This document shows, piece by piece, positions 31,318 to 40,889 of a stretch of 64,000 bases of DNA. Origin of the DNA: an uncultured bacterium (GTDB lineage Bacteria; Chlamydiota; Chlamydiia; Chlamydiales; VFKH01). The stretch is taken from NCBI GenBank assembly GCA_964630595.1, contig CAZVVT010000001.1:568813-632812 (forward strand). Direction: 5' to 3'. The position numbers and the translations under genes were made by a program. The stretch's first letter is position 1. Each line of letters opens with the position of its first letter. The notes under the pieces were generated by a model. The model saw nothing but the letters and a program-made list of their open reading frames with translations, was not told the DNA's origin and did not search any database.

Positions 31318-31402
31318 TGTCCTAAAGTTACCGGAGTCGTCATTAATGGGAGCTTCGGTCTTGTTTGGAGGCGCTTAATACGGTAAACTGTCTTTATATC
31401 TC

Positions 31403-32443
31403 ATGAAAGAAAGACTTCTTACCGGTGACCGCCCTACAGGGATGCTGCACCTGGGCCACTACCTCGGCTCGCTCAAAAATCGCGTAGCGCTGCAAGATCG
31501 CTACGACTGTTTCTTCATCGTCGCCGATCTGCACATCTTAACCACCAAGCCCACTAAAGAAGATCTGCTCGCCTCGCGCGAATCAACCGTACAGATGGTC
31601 ACCGACTACTTGGCATGCGGCATTGATCCGAAAAAATCCTCCATCTATTTGCAATCCGCTATCCCTAGCGTTTGCGAACTCAACCTCTTTTTCGAAATGA
31701 TGATTTCGCTTAACCGGTTGACCGGACTGCCCAGCTTGAAAGAGATGGCTCGCGCAGTCAATATGGAAGAATTTTCTTTCGGTCTGATCGGTTATCCCGT
31801 TTTGCAATCCGCCGACATTCTCGGCCCGAAAGCCTCTGTCGTGCCGGTCGGGAAGGACAATGAAGCGCATGTGGAATGCACACGCGACATCGCGCGCCGC
31901 TTCAACAATCTGTACGGAGAAGTTTTTCCCCTTCCACAAACCATTCTGAGCGATGTGCCCTCGCTGATCGGTACCGATGGCAAGGCGAAGATGAGCAAAT
32001 CCCTCAACAACTCCATCTTTCTTTCCGATGATGCAAAGACCGTCGAGAAGAAGGTGAAGGGCATGTACACCGATCCAAATCGCCTTCACGCGAATGTACC
32101 AGGGACAGTAGAAGGCAATCCCGTCTTCATCTACCACGATGCTTTCAATCCGAAGAAAGCGGAAATTGCAGAGATGAAACGCCGCTACAAAGAAGGAACC
32201 ATTGCTGATGTAGAGGTGAAGATGGCGCTCGTAGAGGCCCTCAACACATTCCTAGAGCCGATTCGACAGAAACGTGCCGAGATTGTTGCTGACAAAGGAT
32301 TGGTAGAGCATGTCATTGTAGAGGGCACGGAAAAAACACGCGCCGTGATTGATGCAACTGTTGCTGAGGTGCGATCTGCGATGGGATATTCCGGTTTCTG
32401 GAACAAGCTGCGCCGCGTAGCTAAAGAGCGATGTTCAAGTTAG
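31403..32443 (+). CDS. trpS: Tryptophan--tRNA ligase
   Basis: Class I motifs [10 protein letters not shown] (HIGH) and KMSKS; 346 aa. Confidence 0.95.
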   Translation: MKERLLTGDRPTGMLHLGHYLGSLKNRVALQDRYDCFFIVADLHILTTKPTKEDLLASRESTVQMVTDYLACGIDPKKSSIYLQSAIPSVCELNLFFEMMISLNRLTGLPSLKEMARAVNMEEFSFGLIGYPVLQSADILGPKASVVPVGKDNEAHVECTRDIARRFNNLYGEVFPLPQTILSDVPSLIGTDGKAKMSKSLNNSIFLSDDAKTVEKKVKGMYTDPNRLHANVPGTVEGNPVFIYHDAFNPKKAEIAEMKRRYKEGTIADVEVKMALVEALNTFLEPIRQKRAEIVADKGLVEHVIVEGTEKTRAVIDATVAEVRSAMGYSGFWNKLRRVAKERCSS

Positions 32444-34392
32444 TCTCCGACTACAAGCCCGCCGGTGATCAGCCACAAGCCATCGACAAGCTGGTGTCAG
32501 GGCTAAATGAAAAAAAGCGCGCGCAAGTTTTGCTCGGCATCACCGGCTCCGGCAAGACCTACACCATGGCCAACATTGTAGCGAGCGTGCAGCGCCCCAC
32601 ACTTGTTCTTGCACACAACAAAACACTTGCAGCACAGCTCTACGAGGAGTTCAAAACTTTTTTTCCGAGCAATGCGGTGGAGTATTTCGTTTCGTACTAC
32701 GACTACTATCAACCCGAAGCCTACATTCCGCGCACCGACACTTACATCGAAAAAGATATGGCGATCAACGATCAAATCGATCGCCTGCGTTTGAGTGCAA
32801 CGAAATCACTCCTCGAACGAAATGATGTGCTCATCGTCGCCTCCGTCTCCTGCATCTACGGTTTGGGTATGCCGGAGTACTACGCCAAAATGCTTTTCAA
32901 GATGGAAGTGGGCCAAGTCATTCGCCGCGATGATCTGCTGCTGCGCCTCGTCGATATGGCCTACACGCGCAACGATATGGATCTCGGCCGCGGAAATTTT
33001 CGCGCGCGCGGCGATGTGATCGAAATCATTCCCTCTTATGAGGACAGCATCGCTCTGCGCATCGAATTCTTCGGCGATACGATTGAGCGCCTCTCCATGG
33101 TCGACCCACTCACCGGTAAGGTCCTTAGCCGCCACGACCACCTCGTCCTCTATCCCGGCTCGCACTACGTAACGCCCGAGGAAATTCGCTGGAGCGCTAT
33201 CCAGAGTATCCAGGCGGAGCTCAAAGAGCGCCAAGACCAGTTGGATCCGCTCTATAAGCAACGCCTGATCGAACGTACCAAGTACGATGTCGAGATGATC
33301 CGCGAAATCGGCACCTGCAAAGGCATCGAAAACTACTCCCGCCACTTCAGCGGCCGTGCCCCCGGCGATGCCCCTTCCTGCCTTCTCGACTACTTCCCAA
33401 AGGACTTTTTGCTCTTCATCGATGAGTCGCATCAAACTGTGCCTCAAGTACATGCGATGTACAATGGCGACCGCGCGCGCAAGCAATCTCTGGTCGAGTA
33501 CGGCTTTCGCCTCCCTTCCGCCTTCGACAACCGCCCACTCAAGTTCCACGAGTTCTACGACAAGATCAACCAAGTCATCTACGTCTCCGCCACTCCCGGC
33601 ACCTTCGAAGTGAATGATTCGGGAGGAAACGTAGTTGAGCAAATTATCAGACCGACGGGTTTATTAGACCCTGAAATCACTGTAAAGCCAGCATCTTCTC
33701 AGGTTGACGATGTTTTGAATGAGATCCGCATTGAGGTCGGCAAAGGCCGCCGCGTGCTGGTCACCACGCTCACTAAGCGACTCTCCGAAGAGCTCACCCA
33801 ATTTCTTTTGGAGTTGGGCGTGAAAGCCAAGTACCTCCACTCCGATATCGACACCATCGAACGGATGGAGATCCTGAGAGACCTCCGCCGCGGCGGCTTT
33901 GACGTGCTGGTCGGAATCAATCTATTGCGGGAAGGGTTGGATATCCCGGAAGTCAGCTTAGTCGCTATCCTCGATGCCGATAAGGAGGGCTTTCTGCGCA
34001 GCGAAACTTCGCTCATCCAAACCTGCGGCCGCGCCTCCCGTAATGCCGAAGGTCGTGTTATCCTCTATGCCGATAAGCAGACAAAAGCCATCGACACCAC
34101 CATTGCCACTGTATCAAAGAGAAGAGCTACCCAAGCCGCCTACAATGCAGCGCATGGCATCACTCCCAAGACCGTCATCCGTGCCATAGGGGAGGGGTTT
34201 GGCCCCGGCGGCGAACCTGTAAAGCCAACTATCGACAAAGCCTTAGCCGCTCACATGTCCGCCTCGGATATCACGAAGAAGATCAAGGCGCTGGAGCGCG
34301 ATATGCACAAAGCCGCCAAGGAATGGCGCTTTGAAGAGGCAGCGGCTTTACGCGATCAGATTCGCGAGCTCACCACGCTTCTACTCACTTAA
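32431..34392 (+). CDS. uvrB: Excinuclease ABC subunit B
   Basis: [12 protein letters not shown]alker [10 protein letters not shown]-terminal UVR domain [13 protein letters not shown]. Confidence 0.96.
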   Translation: MFKLVSDYKPAGDQPQAIDKLVSGLNEKKRAQVLLGITGSGKTYTMANIVASVQRPTLVLAHNKTLAAQLYEEFKTFFPSNAVEYFVSYYDYYQPEAYIPRTDTYIEKDMAINDQIDRLRLSATKSLLERNDVLIVASVSCIYGLGMPEYYAKMLFKMEVGQVIRRDDLLLRLVDMAYTRNDMDLGRGNFRARGDVIEIIPSYEDSIALRIEFFGDTIERLSMVDPLTGKVLSRHDHLVLYPGSHYVTPEEIRWSAIQSIQAELKERQDQLDPLYKQRLIERTKYDVEMIREIGTCKGIENYSRHFSGRAPGDAPSCLLDYFPKDFLLFIDESHQTVPQVHAMYNGDRARKQSLVEYGFRLPSAFDNRPLKFHEFYDKINQVIYVSATPGTFEVNDSGGNVVEQIIRPTGLLDPEITVKPASSQVDDVLNEIRIEVGKGRRVLVTTLTKRLSEELTQFLLELGVKAKYLHSDIDTIERMEILRDLRRGGFDVLVGINLLREGLDIPEVSLVAILDADKEGFLRSETSLIQTCGRASRNAEGRVILYADKQTKAIDTTIATVSKRRATQAAYNAAHGITPKTVIRAIGEGFGPGGEPVKPTIDKALAAHMSASDITKKIKALERDMHKAAKEWRFEEAAALRDQIRELTTLLLT

Positions 34393-35094
34393 TGCTGGAA
34401 TGATGGAGCCCTGATAGCGCTCACAGAGGTACTCTTTCACGCCCGGGGCCGTCAGCGCCTTCTGTAAAGCCACGATTTCAGGCCGTGTCTCATCTCCCGC
34501 GCGAATCACTACCCAGTTCACGTACTGAGAATGCTCATCCTCGAGGATGAGAGCGTCTTTGCAGGGTGTAAAGCCAGCTTGTAAAGCGAAGTTCGCCGGA
34601 ATGACCGCGAAATCCACCTCATCCAGCGTCTTGGGCAAAAGCACCGCATCCAGCTCTACAATCGTCCCTTCACGAAAGCCCGACTGCGCCAGCAGTTGGA
34701 GCGCTCTTTCACGGTTTGTTGGATCAAGAGGCACAGCAATCCTGGCTTTACAACGAACCTCTGTCCATTTCTTCGAGTAAATCCCCATGGGCTCTAGGTG
34801 TACAGGGGCCAGTAAAGCCAGCCGATAGCCGAAGTTATCGACCTGCTGACGGAAAAATGCCTCATGCTGGAAGAAGTTGGCATCGATTTCGCCCTCCGCA
34901 AGCGCTCTATTGGGAATGTTGTAGTCATCGACCACAATGACCCTTACTTCGTATCCTTGCCGCTCTAATTGCGGCTTTACAACGCAGTCCAGGATCTCTG
35001 CATGAGGAACAGCCGTTGCAGCGATCTTCAAGCTCTTATCATTGCCAGAACAGGCAACTAATAGCAGTAAAGCCAGCAAACAACTCCATTTCAT
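34381..35094 (-). CDS. metQ: Methionine ABC transporter substrate-binding lipoprotein (NlpA/MetQ family)
   Basis: Lipobox LLLVACSG, MetQ-like length, downstream of metI and metN. Confidence 0.8.
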   Translation of the reverse strand: MKWSCLLALLLLVACSGNDKSLKIAATAVPHAEILDCVVKPQLERQGYEVRVIVVDDYNIPNRALAEGEIDANFFQHEAFFRQQVDNFGYRLALLAPVHLEPMGIYSKKWTEVRCKARIAVPLDPTNRERALQLLAQSGFREGTIVELDAVLLPKTLDEVDFAVIPANFALQAGFTPCKDALILEDEHSQYVNWVVIRAGDETRPEIVALQKALTAPGVKEYLCERYQGSIIPALSE

Positions 35095-35726
35095 ACCAAA
35101 CCTCTACGTATTTTAATGGCTTTACAGCCCCAATTGCCTGCCCTCTGCAGCATAATAACTAGAACAATGAGCAAAAGGCAGCAAGCTACCATGATCGAAA
35201 CATTGTACTGCCAATAGCCATATTGTATCGCAACCTTTCCCAGGCCGCCTCCACCTACCAAACCAGCCATCGTGCTGTACCCTAGAAGGCTAATGCTCAA
35301 GTTAGAGAGCGCTAAGACCAGCTGCGGAAGCGATTCCGGGATGATGACCCGCGTAATCTGCTGCCAGCGGGTGGCTCCCATCGCTTGAGCTGCCTCTAAA
35401 AGCCCTGGATTTACATCCTCAAAGGCGCTCTGCGCCAGGCGAGCGAAGAAGGGGATAGCTGCCACCGTGAGGGGAACAATGGCCGCTGTGGTGCCAATGG
35501 AGGTCCCAATCACCCACTTTGTGAAGGGGATGAGGGCTACAAGAAGGATCGCGAAAGGAAAAGAACGTCCGATGTTGGTTAATCCGGTCAAAAGTGTGAA
35601 TGTAAAACCGGTTTTACATTGCACCATCAGCATCGCCAGCCCTAAACCCAGCGCTGCGGAGAGGATTGTAGAGACGACAACCATGTAAATGGTCTCCAAA
35701 AGGGCCATTGGGATCAATTCCATCAT
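35091..35726 (-). CDS. metI: Methionine ABC transporter permease
   Basis: EAA loop LLEAAQAMGATRWQQITRVIIPE, 5 TM-like segments, ATGA coupling on both sides. Confidence 0.85.
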   Translation of the reverse strand: MMELIPMALLETIYMVVVSTILSAALGLGLAMLMVQCKTGFTFTLLTGLTNIGRSFPFAILLVALIPFTKWVIGTSIGTTAAIVPLTVAAIPFFARLAQSAFEDVNPGLLEAAQAMGATRWQQITRVIIPESLPQLVLALSNLSISLLGYSTMAGLVGGGGLGKVAIQYGYWQYNVSIMVACCLLLIVLVIMLQRAGNWGCKAIKIRRGLV

Positions 35727-36634
35727 AAAAACCTCACTACTCTCACGCCATTCGACTCTAAAAACCCGATAGCTCGGTCTACTTCTTCGGCTTTACCGGT
35801 AATTTGGACGCATAGTCGGCCCACCATCTTGTCCCGCACAGGGTCAATGGATCCGCTCAAGATATTCACATCGACGGGGAAGGCACGCACCACCTGGCTA
35901 ATGAGCGGTTGGCCGGCCGCCTCCCCGTGAAAGACCAGACGCATGAGCGGTCCTCTTCCTTCATCGTGCAAACCAAGCAGCTGCTGAGTCACAGGGCTCT
36001 TGGGAGCACAGAGGAGCTGCTCTACTGAGCCGATCTCGACGATTCGACCATGGTCGATGACCGCTGCTCGATGACAGAGAGCTTTCACCAGGTCCATCTC
36101 GTGCGTAATCAATAGGAGGGTGAGGCCACGCTCGTTCAGCTTTCTCAACAAGCTGATGAGTTGCCGTACACTCTCGGGATCGAGAGCCGAGGTCGGCTCA
36201 TCGAAGAGCAACGCTTTTGGCCGGGCCGCAAGGGCTCTCGCGATGGCCACCTTTTGTCGCTGCCCTCCGCTCAGGCGAGCGACTGGCCTGTTGGCGTAGG
36301 CAGTCATGCCCACCAGCTCGAGCGCCTCGGCTGCCCACTCCAATGGAAGGCCATGGAGCTTCAATGGGAAGGCCACATTCTCCAGCGCGGTCATTGAGGA
36401 GAGAAGGTGAAGCTGCTGAAAGACGAAACCTATCAGGGAGGGGTGAGGGATAAAGGGTTTGCCGTCCCAGGTAATCGAGCCGCCCGTCGGTTTGGTCAAG
36501 CCGGCTAGGAGTCGGAAGAGGGTAGTTTTACCTGCGCCGCTGGGGCCCACAATCCCGAAAACTTCCGATTGTTCCACGTGGAACAATAGGTTTTTGAGGA
36601 TCGGATCGAAGCTTAGGTTGTTGAATTTAAACAT
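35723..36634 (-). CDS. metN: Methionine ABC transporter ATP-binding protein
   Basis: GPSGAGKTT, LSGGQRQKVAIARAL, LLFDEPTSALD, and a C-terminal NIL-like domain. Confidence 0.88.
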   Translation of the reverse strand: MFKFNNLSFDPILKNLLFHVEQSEVFGIVGPSGAGKTTLFRLLAGLTKPTGGSITWDGKPFIPHPSLIGFVFQQLHLLSSMTALENVAFPLKLHGLPLEWAAEALELVGMTAYANRPVARLSGGQRQKVAIARALAARPKALLFDEPTSALDPESVRQLISLLRKLNERGLTLLLITHEMDLVKALCHRAAVIDHGRIVEIGSVEQLLCAPKSPVTQQLLGLHDEGRGPLMRLVFHGEAAGQPLISQVVRAFPVDVNILSGSIDPVRDKMVGRLCVQITGKAEEVDRAIGFLESNGVRVVRFL

Positions 36635-37278
36635 GTTCGAAGCATTTCCTCGCGAGGGTTGTCCGAGGTCCAGTTAGGCGTTGTTCCACGGGCCAGTTGG
36701 GTGATTTCTTTGTCAGTAAGAGCCAATAAAATGGGGAAGGGAATATTTAACTTGTTTATAGTCAGTTGTTTACGCAAGTATCTGAGGATCAACCAGGGAA
36801 ATAGGGGCAAAAGAAGAATCGCTTCCCAAGGCTTCTCCAGGAGAGCGGAAAAGACTCTTTGGCGCGCCTTTGTAAACACTCGAGAAGCTAAAAATTCCTC
36901 AAAACGCGGCTCATTAAAACCCGCTCTCACCGCGTGGACGAGTTCGTGAGCGATCACCTCTGATTTGTCGTAACCAAATGGTATTGAGCGTCTTACGTGA
37001 ATTGCAGCAAAGCGTGTTCCATCTACAAAGCAGGCGGCCGCCTCCCAGGGCAGCAGCCCCTTATTAGAATAGGTCACTCGTGCCCATGTAGGCGCGAGTC
37101 CGAAGCGCTTTTCCAACCACTCATGGCCGCTTTCTGCACCTATAATAGGACTGTTTTCGATGCGGTCCAGGTACTCGTCCCACTCTTCGTGCGGGCTTGG
37201 AATGATTCCTAGATGAAGTAATTTGTTCCAGTCCAACGACTTGGATATTTGTTTTGCCATAGAAAGCCCATCTATCAT
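36613..37278 (-). CDS. Hypothetical protein with HExxH metallopeptidase-like motif
   Basis: 221-aa ORF with AHELVHAV followed by EPRFEEFLA and a hydrophobic segment. Family not recognised. Confidence 0.45.
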   Translation of the reverse strand: MIDGLSMAKQISKSLDWNKLLHLGIIPSPHEEWDEYLDRIENSPIIGAESGHEWLEKRFGLAPTWARVTYSNKGLLPWEAAACFVDGTRFAAIHVRRSIPFGYDKSEVIAHELVHAVRAGFNEPRFEEFLASRVFTKARQRVFSALLEKPWEAILLLPLFPWLILRYLRKQLTINKLNIPFPILLALTDKEITQLARGTTPNWTSDNPREEMLRTCLNSTT

Positions 37279-37349
37279 ACAGGTATTTTGAGATTTTTGT
37301 AGCGGGAATTGGCTGCAATGACGCTACAATTTGCAGGTTTTAAGGCCAA

Positions 37350-39782
37350 ATGACCAAAGATAAGAAGCTGGTGATCGTAGAATCACCGACGAAAATCAAG
37401 ACCCTGAAGAAGTTCCTGGACTCCTCTTATATATTCGAGTCGTCGCTCGGGCACATCATCGATTTGCCCAAAAAAGGGTTCGGCATTGACCTCGAGGGCA
37501 GCTTTGATCCTGAATACGCTCCCCTTGCCGAAAAGAAAGAGGTCATCGAAAAACTCAAAAAAGCTGCCAAGACCGCCTCCACCGTCTTCCTCTGCCCTGA
37601 CCCTGACCGTGAAGGGGAAGCCATTGCTTGGCATATCGCCTCTATCTTGCCGAAGAAAACGCACTTTGTTCGCGCCGCGTTCCACTCCATTACCAAAGAT
37701 GCTGTACGCGAAGCGCTTGCGCACCCTCGCGAAATCGACATGGACCTGGTTCATGCGCAGCAAACGCGCCGCATTCTCGATCGCATTGTCGGTTACAAAA
37801 TTTCGCCCCTTCTCATGCGCCGCGTTACACGAGGCGGCAGCGCTCTCTCCGCCGGTCGCGTTCAATCCGTTGCGCTCAAACTGGTTGTGGATCGCGAAAA
37901 AGAGATTGAAGCCTTCAAGCCCGTCGAATACTGGCGTGTAGAGGTGCAGCTGAAGAAAGATGATCGCACCTTCAAAGCCTATCTTTTTTCCGTCGATGGC
38001 AAAAAAGTAGAAAAAGAGCTTGTCGAGGGCAAGGACGTTTTCCTCGTTCCCAATGAAAAAACAGCTCACAGCTTGCTGCAGAGGCTGGAATCGGCAAAAT
38101 ACGTCGTTGATTCTGTAGAGCTCAAAGAAAAACGCCGTCAACCCGGCGCGCCCTTCATCACCTCCTCTCTGCAAATGGAAGCCAGTCGCCATTTCGGTTT
38201 CTCCGCAACGCGCACCATGCGTCTTGCCCAAGATCTCTACGAGGGCGTTGATCTCGGCAACGAGGGCAGCGAAGGTCTCATCACCTACATGCGTACCGAC
38301 TCTGTTTCGCTTTCTGCAGAAGCAATGAATGAGCTGCGTCGCATCATTCCCAAAGAGCTTCTCAATCCAGAAATTCGCTCTTTCGCTAGCCGCAAGAGCG
38401 CACAGGAAGCGCACGAAGCGATTCGCCCCACCAACTTCAACCATCCTCCTGAGTCTGTGAAGCGCTTTCTCTCGCGCGAGCAGTTCCAAATTTACGAACT
38501 CATTTGGAAGCGCACCCTTGCTTCGCAGATGCTTCCCGCCGTCTACGACACAGTCTCCGCAGATATTGAAACGGGCAAAGGGCTGCTCTTCCGCGCCACT
38601 GGTTCGATTCTGAAAGAGCCCGGCTTCCTCTCTCTCTACGAAGAGCGCGAAGATGAAGAAAAAGAGGGCGAAGAGCGCCTTCCTCTTCTCGAAGAGGGCG
38701 ATCCACTCAAGCTCGTGGACAAAACAGCCGAGCAATCCTTCACAAAACCACCACCGCGCTACACAGAAGCCTCTCTCATCAAAGAACTCGAACGACTGGG
38801 CATTGGACGCCCCTCCACCTACGCGACGATCATGAATAAGATCCAAAGTCGCGACTACACGGTGAAAGAGCAGCAGCGCTTAAAGCCCACAGAACTGGGC
38901 CGCGTCATTGCCGAGTTTCTCGAAGTCAACTTCCACATCATCATGAACGTCGGCTTTACGGCGGAGATGGAAGAGGACCTAGAGCGCATTGCAGAGCACA
39001 AAAAAGAGTGGAAGAAGGTCGTCAAGGCCTTCTGGAAGGAGTTCGAACCCATTCTCAAACATGCTGAGAAGGAAGCCTTCGTTCCCAAAATCACCATCGA
39101 TGAGCCCTGCCCTAAGTGCGGCGCTCCCGTGCAGAAAATTTGGGCCAAGGGACGCTACTTCTTCGGCTGCAGCCGCTATCCCGATTGCGACTACACCGCC
39201 TCTGAAGAAGAAAAATCCTTCAACAAAGATGACTACGCGCCCGATTTCAACTGGGAGCAGCCCTGCCCCATCTGCGGCGGCCCTACAAAAGTACGTCACG
39301 GCCGCTACGGTGCCTTCCTCGGTTGCATGAAATATCCCGAGTGCAAGGGCATCATCAACATTCCGAAAAAGGGCGAGCATAGCTTAGGCAAATGCCCCGC
39401 CGTTGGTTGCCCCGGCAAGTTGATGGAGCGCAAATCGCGCTTTGGCAAAATGTTCATCGCCTGCTCCACCTATCCCGAGTGCGATGTCATTGGCAACACC
39501 TTAGAGCAGATCAACGAGCAGTATAAGGATCACCCACGTACACGATCGGTGAAGAAGAAGTTCAAACTCTCTGCAGAGCTTGAAGCGCTAGTGGGTCCTG
39601 CAAAAAATCGTCCTGAGCTGACCAAAAAAATGTGGATCTACATCAAGGCGAACAATCTTCAAGATGAGAAAAATCGCCGCATGATTGTGCCCGACGCAGC
39701 TCTTGCTAAACTCATCGGCTCGAAAGAGCCCTTTGATATGATGCAGTTAGCTCGCAAGCTCTCGAGCCAAATTGGCGGATGA
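37350..39782 (+). CDS. topA: DNA topoisomerase I with C-terminal SWIB/MDM2 domain
   Basis: TOPRIM LVIVESPTKIKTLKKF, active-site Tyr LITYMRTDS, three CxxC Zn ribbons, then the SWIB-like tail LSAELEALVG...ELTKKMWIYIKANNLQD. Confidence 0.95.
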   Translation: MTKDKKLVIVESPTKIKTLKKFLDSSYIFESSLGHIIDLPKKGFGIDLEGSFDPEYAPLAEKKEVIEKLKKAAKTASTVFLCPDPDREGEAIAWHIASILPKKTHFVRAAFHSITKDAVREALAHPREIDMDLVHAQQTRRILDRIVGYKISPLLMRRVTRGGSALSAGRVQSVALKLVVDREKEIEAFKPVEYWRVEVQLKKDDRTFKAYLFSVDGKKVEKELVEGKDVFLVPNEKTAHSLLQRLESAKYVVDSVELKEKRRQPGAPFITSSLQMEASRHFGFSATRTMRLAQDLYEGVDLGNEGSEGLITYMRTDSVSLSAEAMNELRRIIPKELLNPEIRSFASRKSAQEAHEAIRPTNFNHPPESVKRFLSREQFQIYELIWKRTLASQMLPAVYDTVSADIETGKGLLFRATGSILKEPGFLSLYEEREDEEKEGEERLPLLEEGDPLKLVDKTAEQSFTKPPPRYTEASLIKELERLGIGRPSTYATIMNKIQSRDYTVKEQQRLKPTELGRVIAEFLEVNFHIIMNVGFTAEMEEDLERIAEHKKEWKKVVKAFWKEFEPILKHAEKEAFVPKITIDEPCPKCGAPVQKIWAKGRYFFGCSRYPDCDYTASEEEKSFNKDDYAPDFNWEQPCPICGGPTKVRHGRYGAFLGCMKYPECKGIINIPKKGEHSLGKCPAVGCPGKLMERKSRFGKMFIACSTYPECDVIGNTLEQINEQYKDHPRTRSVKKKFKLSAELEALVGPAKNRPELTKKMWIYIKANNLQDEKNRRMIVPDAALAKLIGSKEPFDMMQLARKLSSQIGG

Positions 39783-40889
39783 GAACCAAACCGTTTTTGC
39801 GCCCGTTTCAAGCCATAGCCACTGGGTGGGGCTGGGCAGCACAATCGTTGTTTTCTTGCCCATAGCGGCCGCCAAACGCACTTCTGCAGAATCTACTCCA
39901 ATCACCTCATCCATGGCGGCGATCATGGCCGCAATTTCGAGAAAGGTTTGTCCCTGATATCCCAAAGGCGTCACATTTTCCGGCAACTCTCGCGGCGGCG
40001 GCTGCAGCAAAAAGAGTGTATCTCCTGGAGCCAGCGCGAGCACTTTCTGCAAAGTAATCGCCTCTGTCGCTTGTGGATCACCCGCATCAAAGCGCCAGAT
40101 GATGCCCACTTTGTGGCCCTCTTTCGGCACATCTTCTGTTATCGGATCTGCCTTCAGGTACCCTTCTGGATAGGGAATTTCATCTGCAAAATAGAGCGGA
40201 AGCGCCGACAAACTGATGCGCATATCATATTTGAGTTGGTCACTCAGCGTTAACCAATCCACAATTTCTACGTCGAGTCCTTTACGAAACAATTCTTGCA
40301 GTTCCTGTCCGGGCTCAAACAAAACGTGCGCTCCTTTTTCTTTGAGCGCCTTCAAATAACGCACTAAAACAATCGTATCGGTAATAGGAGTGTCATTCGA
40401 GACATAGATACGCAAACTTTTAAGCGATTTTTGTTCCTGCAATAGCTGCAAATCCTCTAAGCGTCTCTCTTCCTTGGGAATGACGGGCGGTTTGATATGA
40501 AAACGAGCTTCGTGCAGGGAAAACTGCGGATCGATGAAGAGCGCGTTGAGATAAACCTTCATTGCTTCATGAGGGTTTTTCAACGCCTCCTGCGTCCGCC
40601 CAAGATAATCCCAGCCTTCTATCAATTGCGGATCAAAGACCACGCTTGTTTTAAAGCGGCGCAGCGCTTGTTTATAATCTCCCTGACGGAAACAGGTAAT
40701 GCCCAACCCCAAATGCGCCTCCGCATAGCCCGATTCAAAGAGAATCGCTCGCTCAAAAGATTCTTTCGCCAAGGGAAGATTGTTTTCTACAAGCGCCTGC
40801 TGGCCTGTTGCATAGGCATCATGTGCTGCTTGCTTATTCAAATCTGTCGGTTCGGCAAAGAGAAATGCGAAGAGCAGCAGCCAGGTCAT
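39747..40889 (-). CDS. TPR-repeat protein with C-terminal GT9-like (heptosyltransferase-fold) domain
   Basis: Start at ATG 40889 (ATGA overlap with the RND gene stop). Signal-like N-terminus and TPRs (AEAHLGLGITCFRQGDYKQALRRF). C-terminal pattern KVGIIWR...FLEIAAMIAAMDEVIGVDSAEVRLAAAMGKKTTIVLPSPTQWLWL. Confidence 0.6.
   Translation of the reverse strand: MTWLLLFAFLFAEPTDLNKQAAHDAYATGQQALVENNLPLAKESFERAILFESGYAEAHLGLGITCFRQGDYKQALRRFKTSVVFDPQLIEGWDYLGRTQEALKNPHEAMKVYLNALFIDPQFSLHEARFHIKPPVIPKEERRLEDLQLLQEQKSLKSLRIYVSNDTPITDTIVLVRYLKALKEKGAHVLFEPGQELQELFRKGLDVEIVDWLTLSDQLKYDMRISLSALPLYFADEIPYPEGYLKADPITEDVPKEGHKVGIIWRFDAGDPQATEAITLQKVLALAPGDTLFLLQPPPRELPENVTPLGYQGQTFLEIAAMIAAMDEVIGVDSAEVRLAAAMGKKTTIVLPSPTQWLWLETGAKTVWFSSANLARELAS

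Noticed and set aside
37383-38846. 487-aa minus-strand ORF opposite topA
   Set aside because: Shadow ORF of topA, which is unambiguous. The translation is low-complexity, Phe/Arg/Gly-rich.
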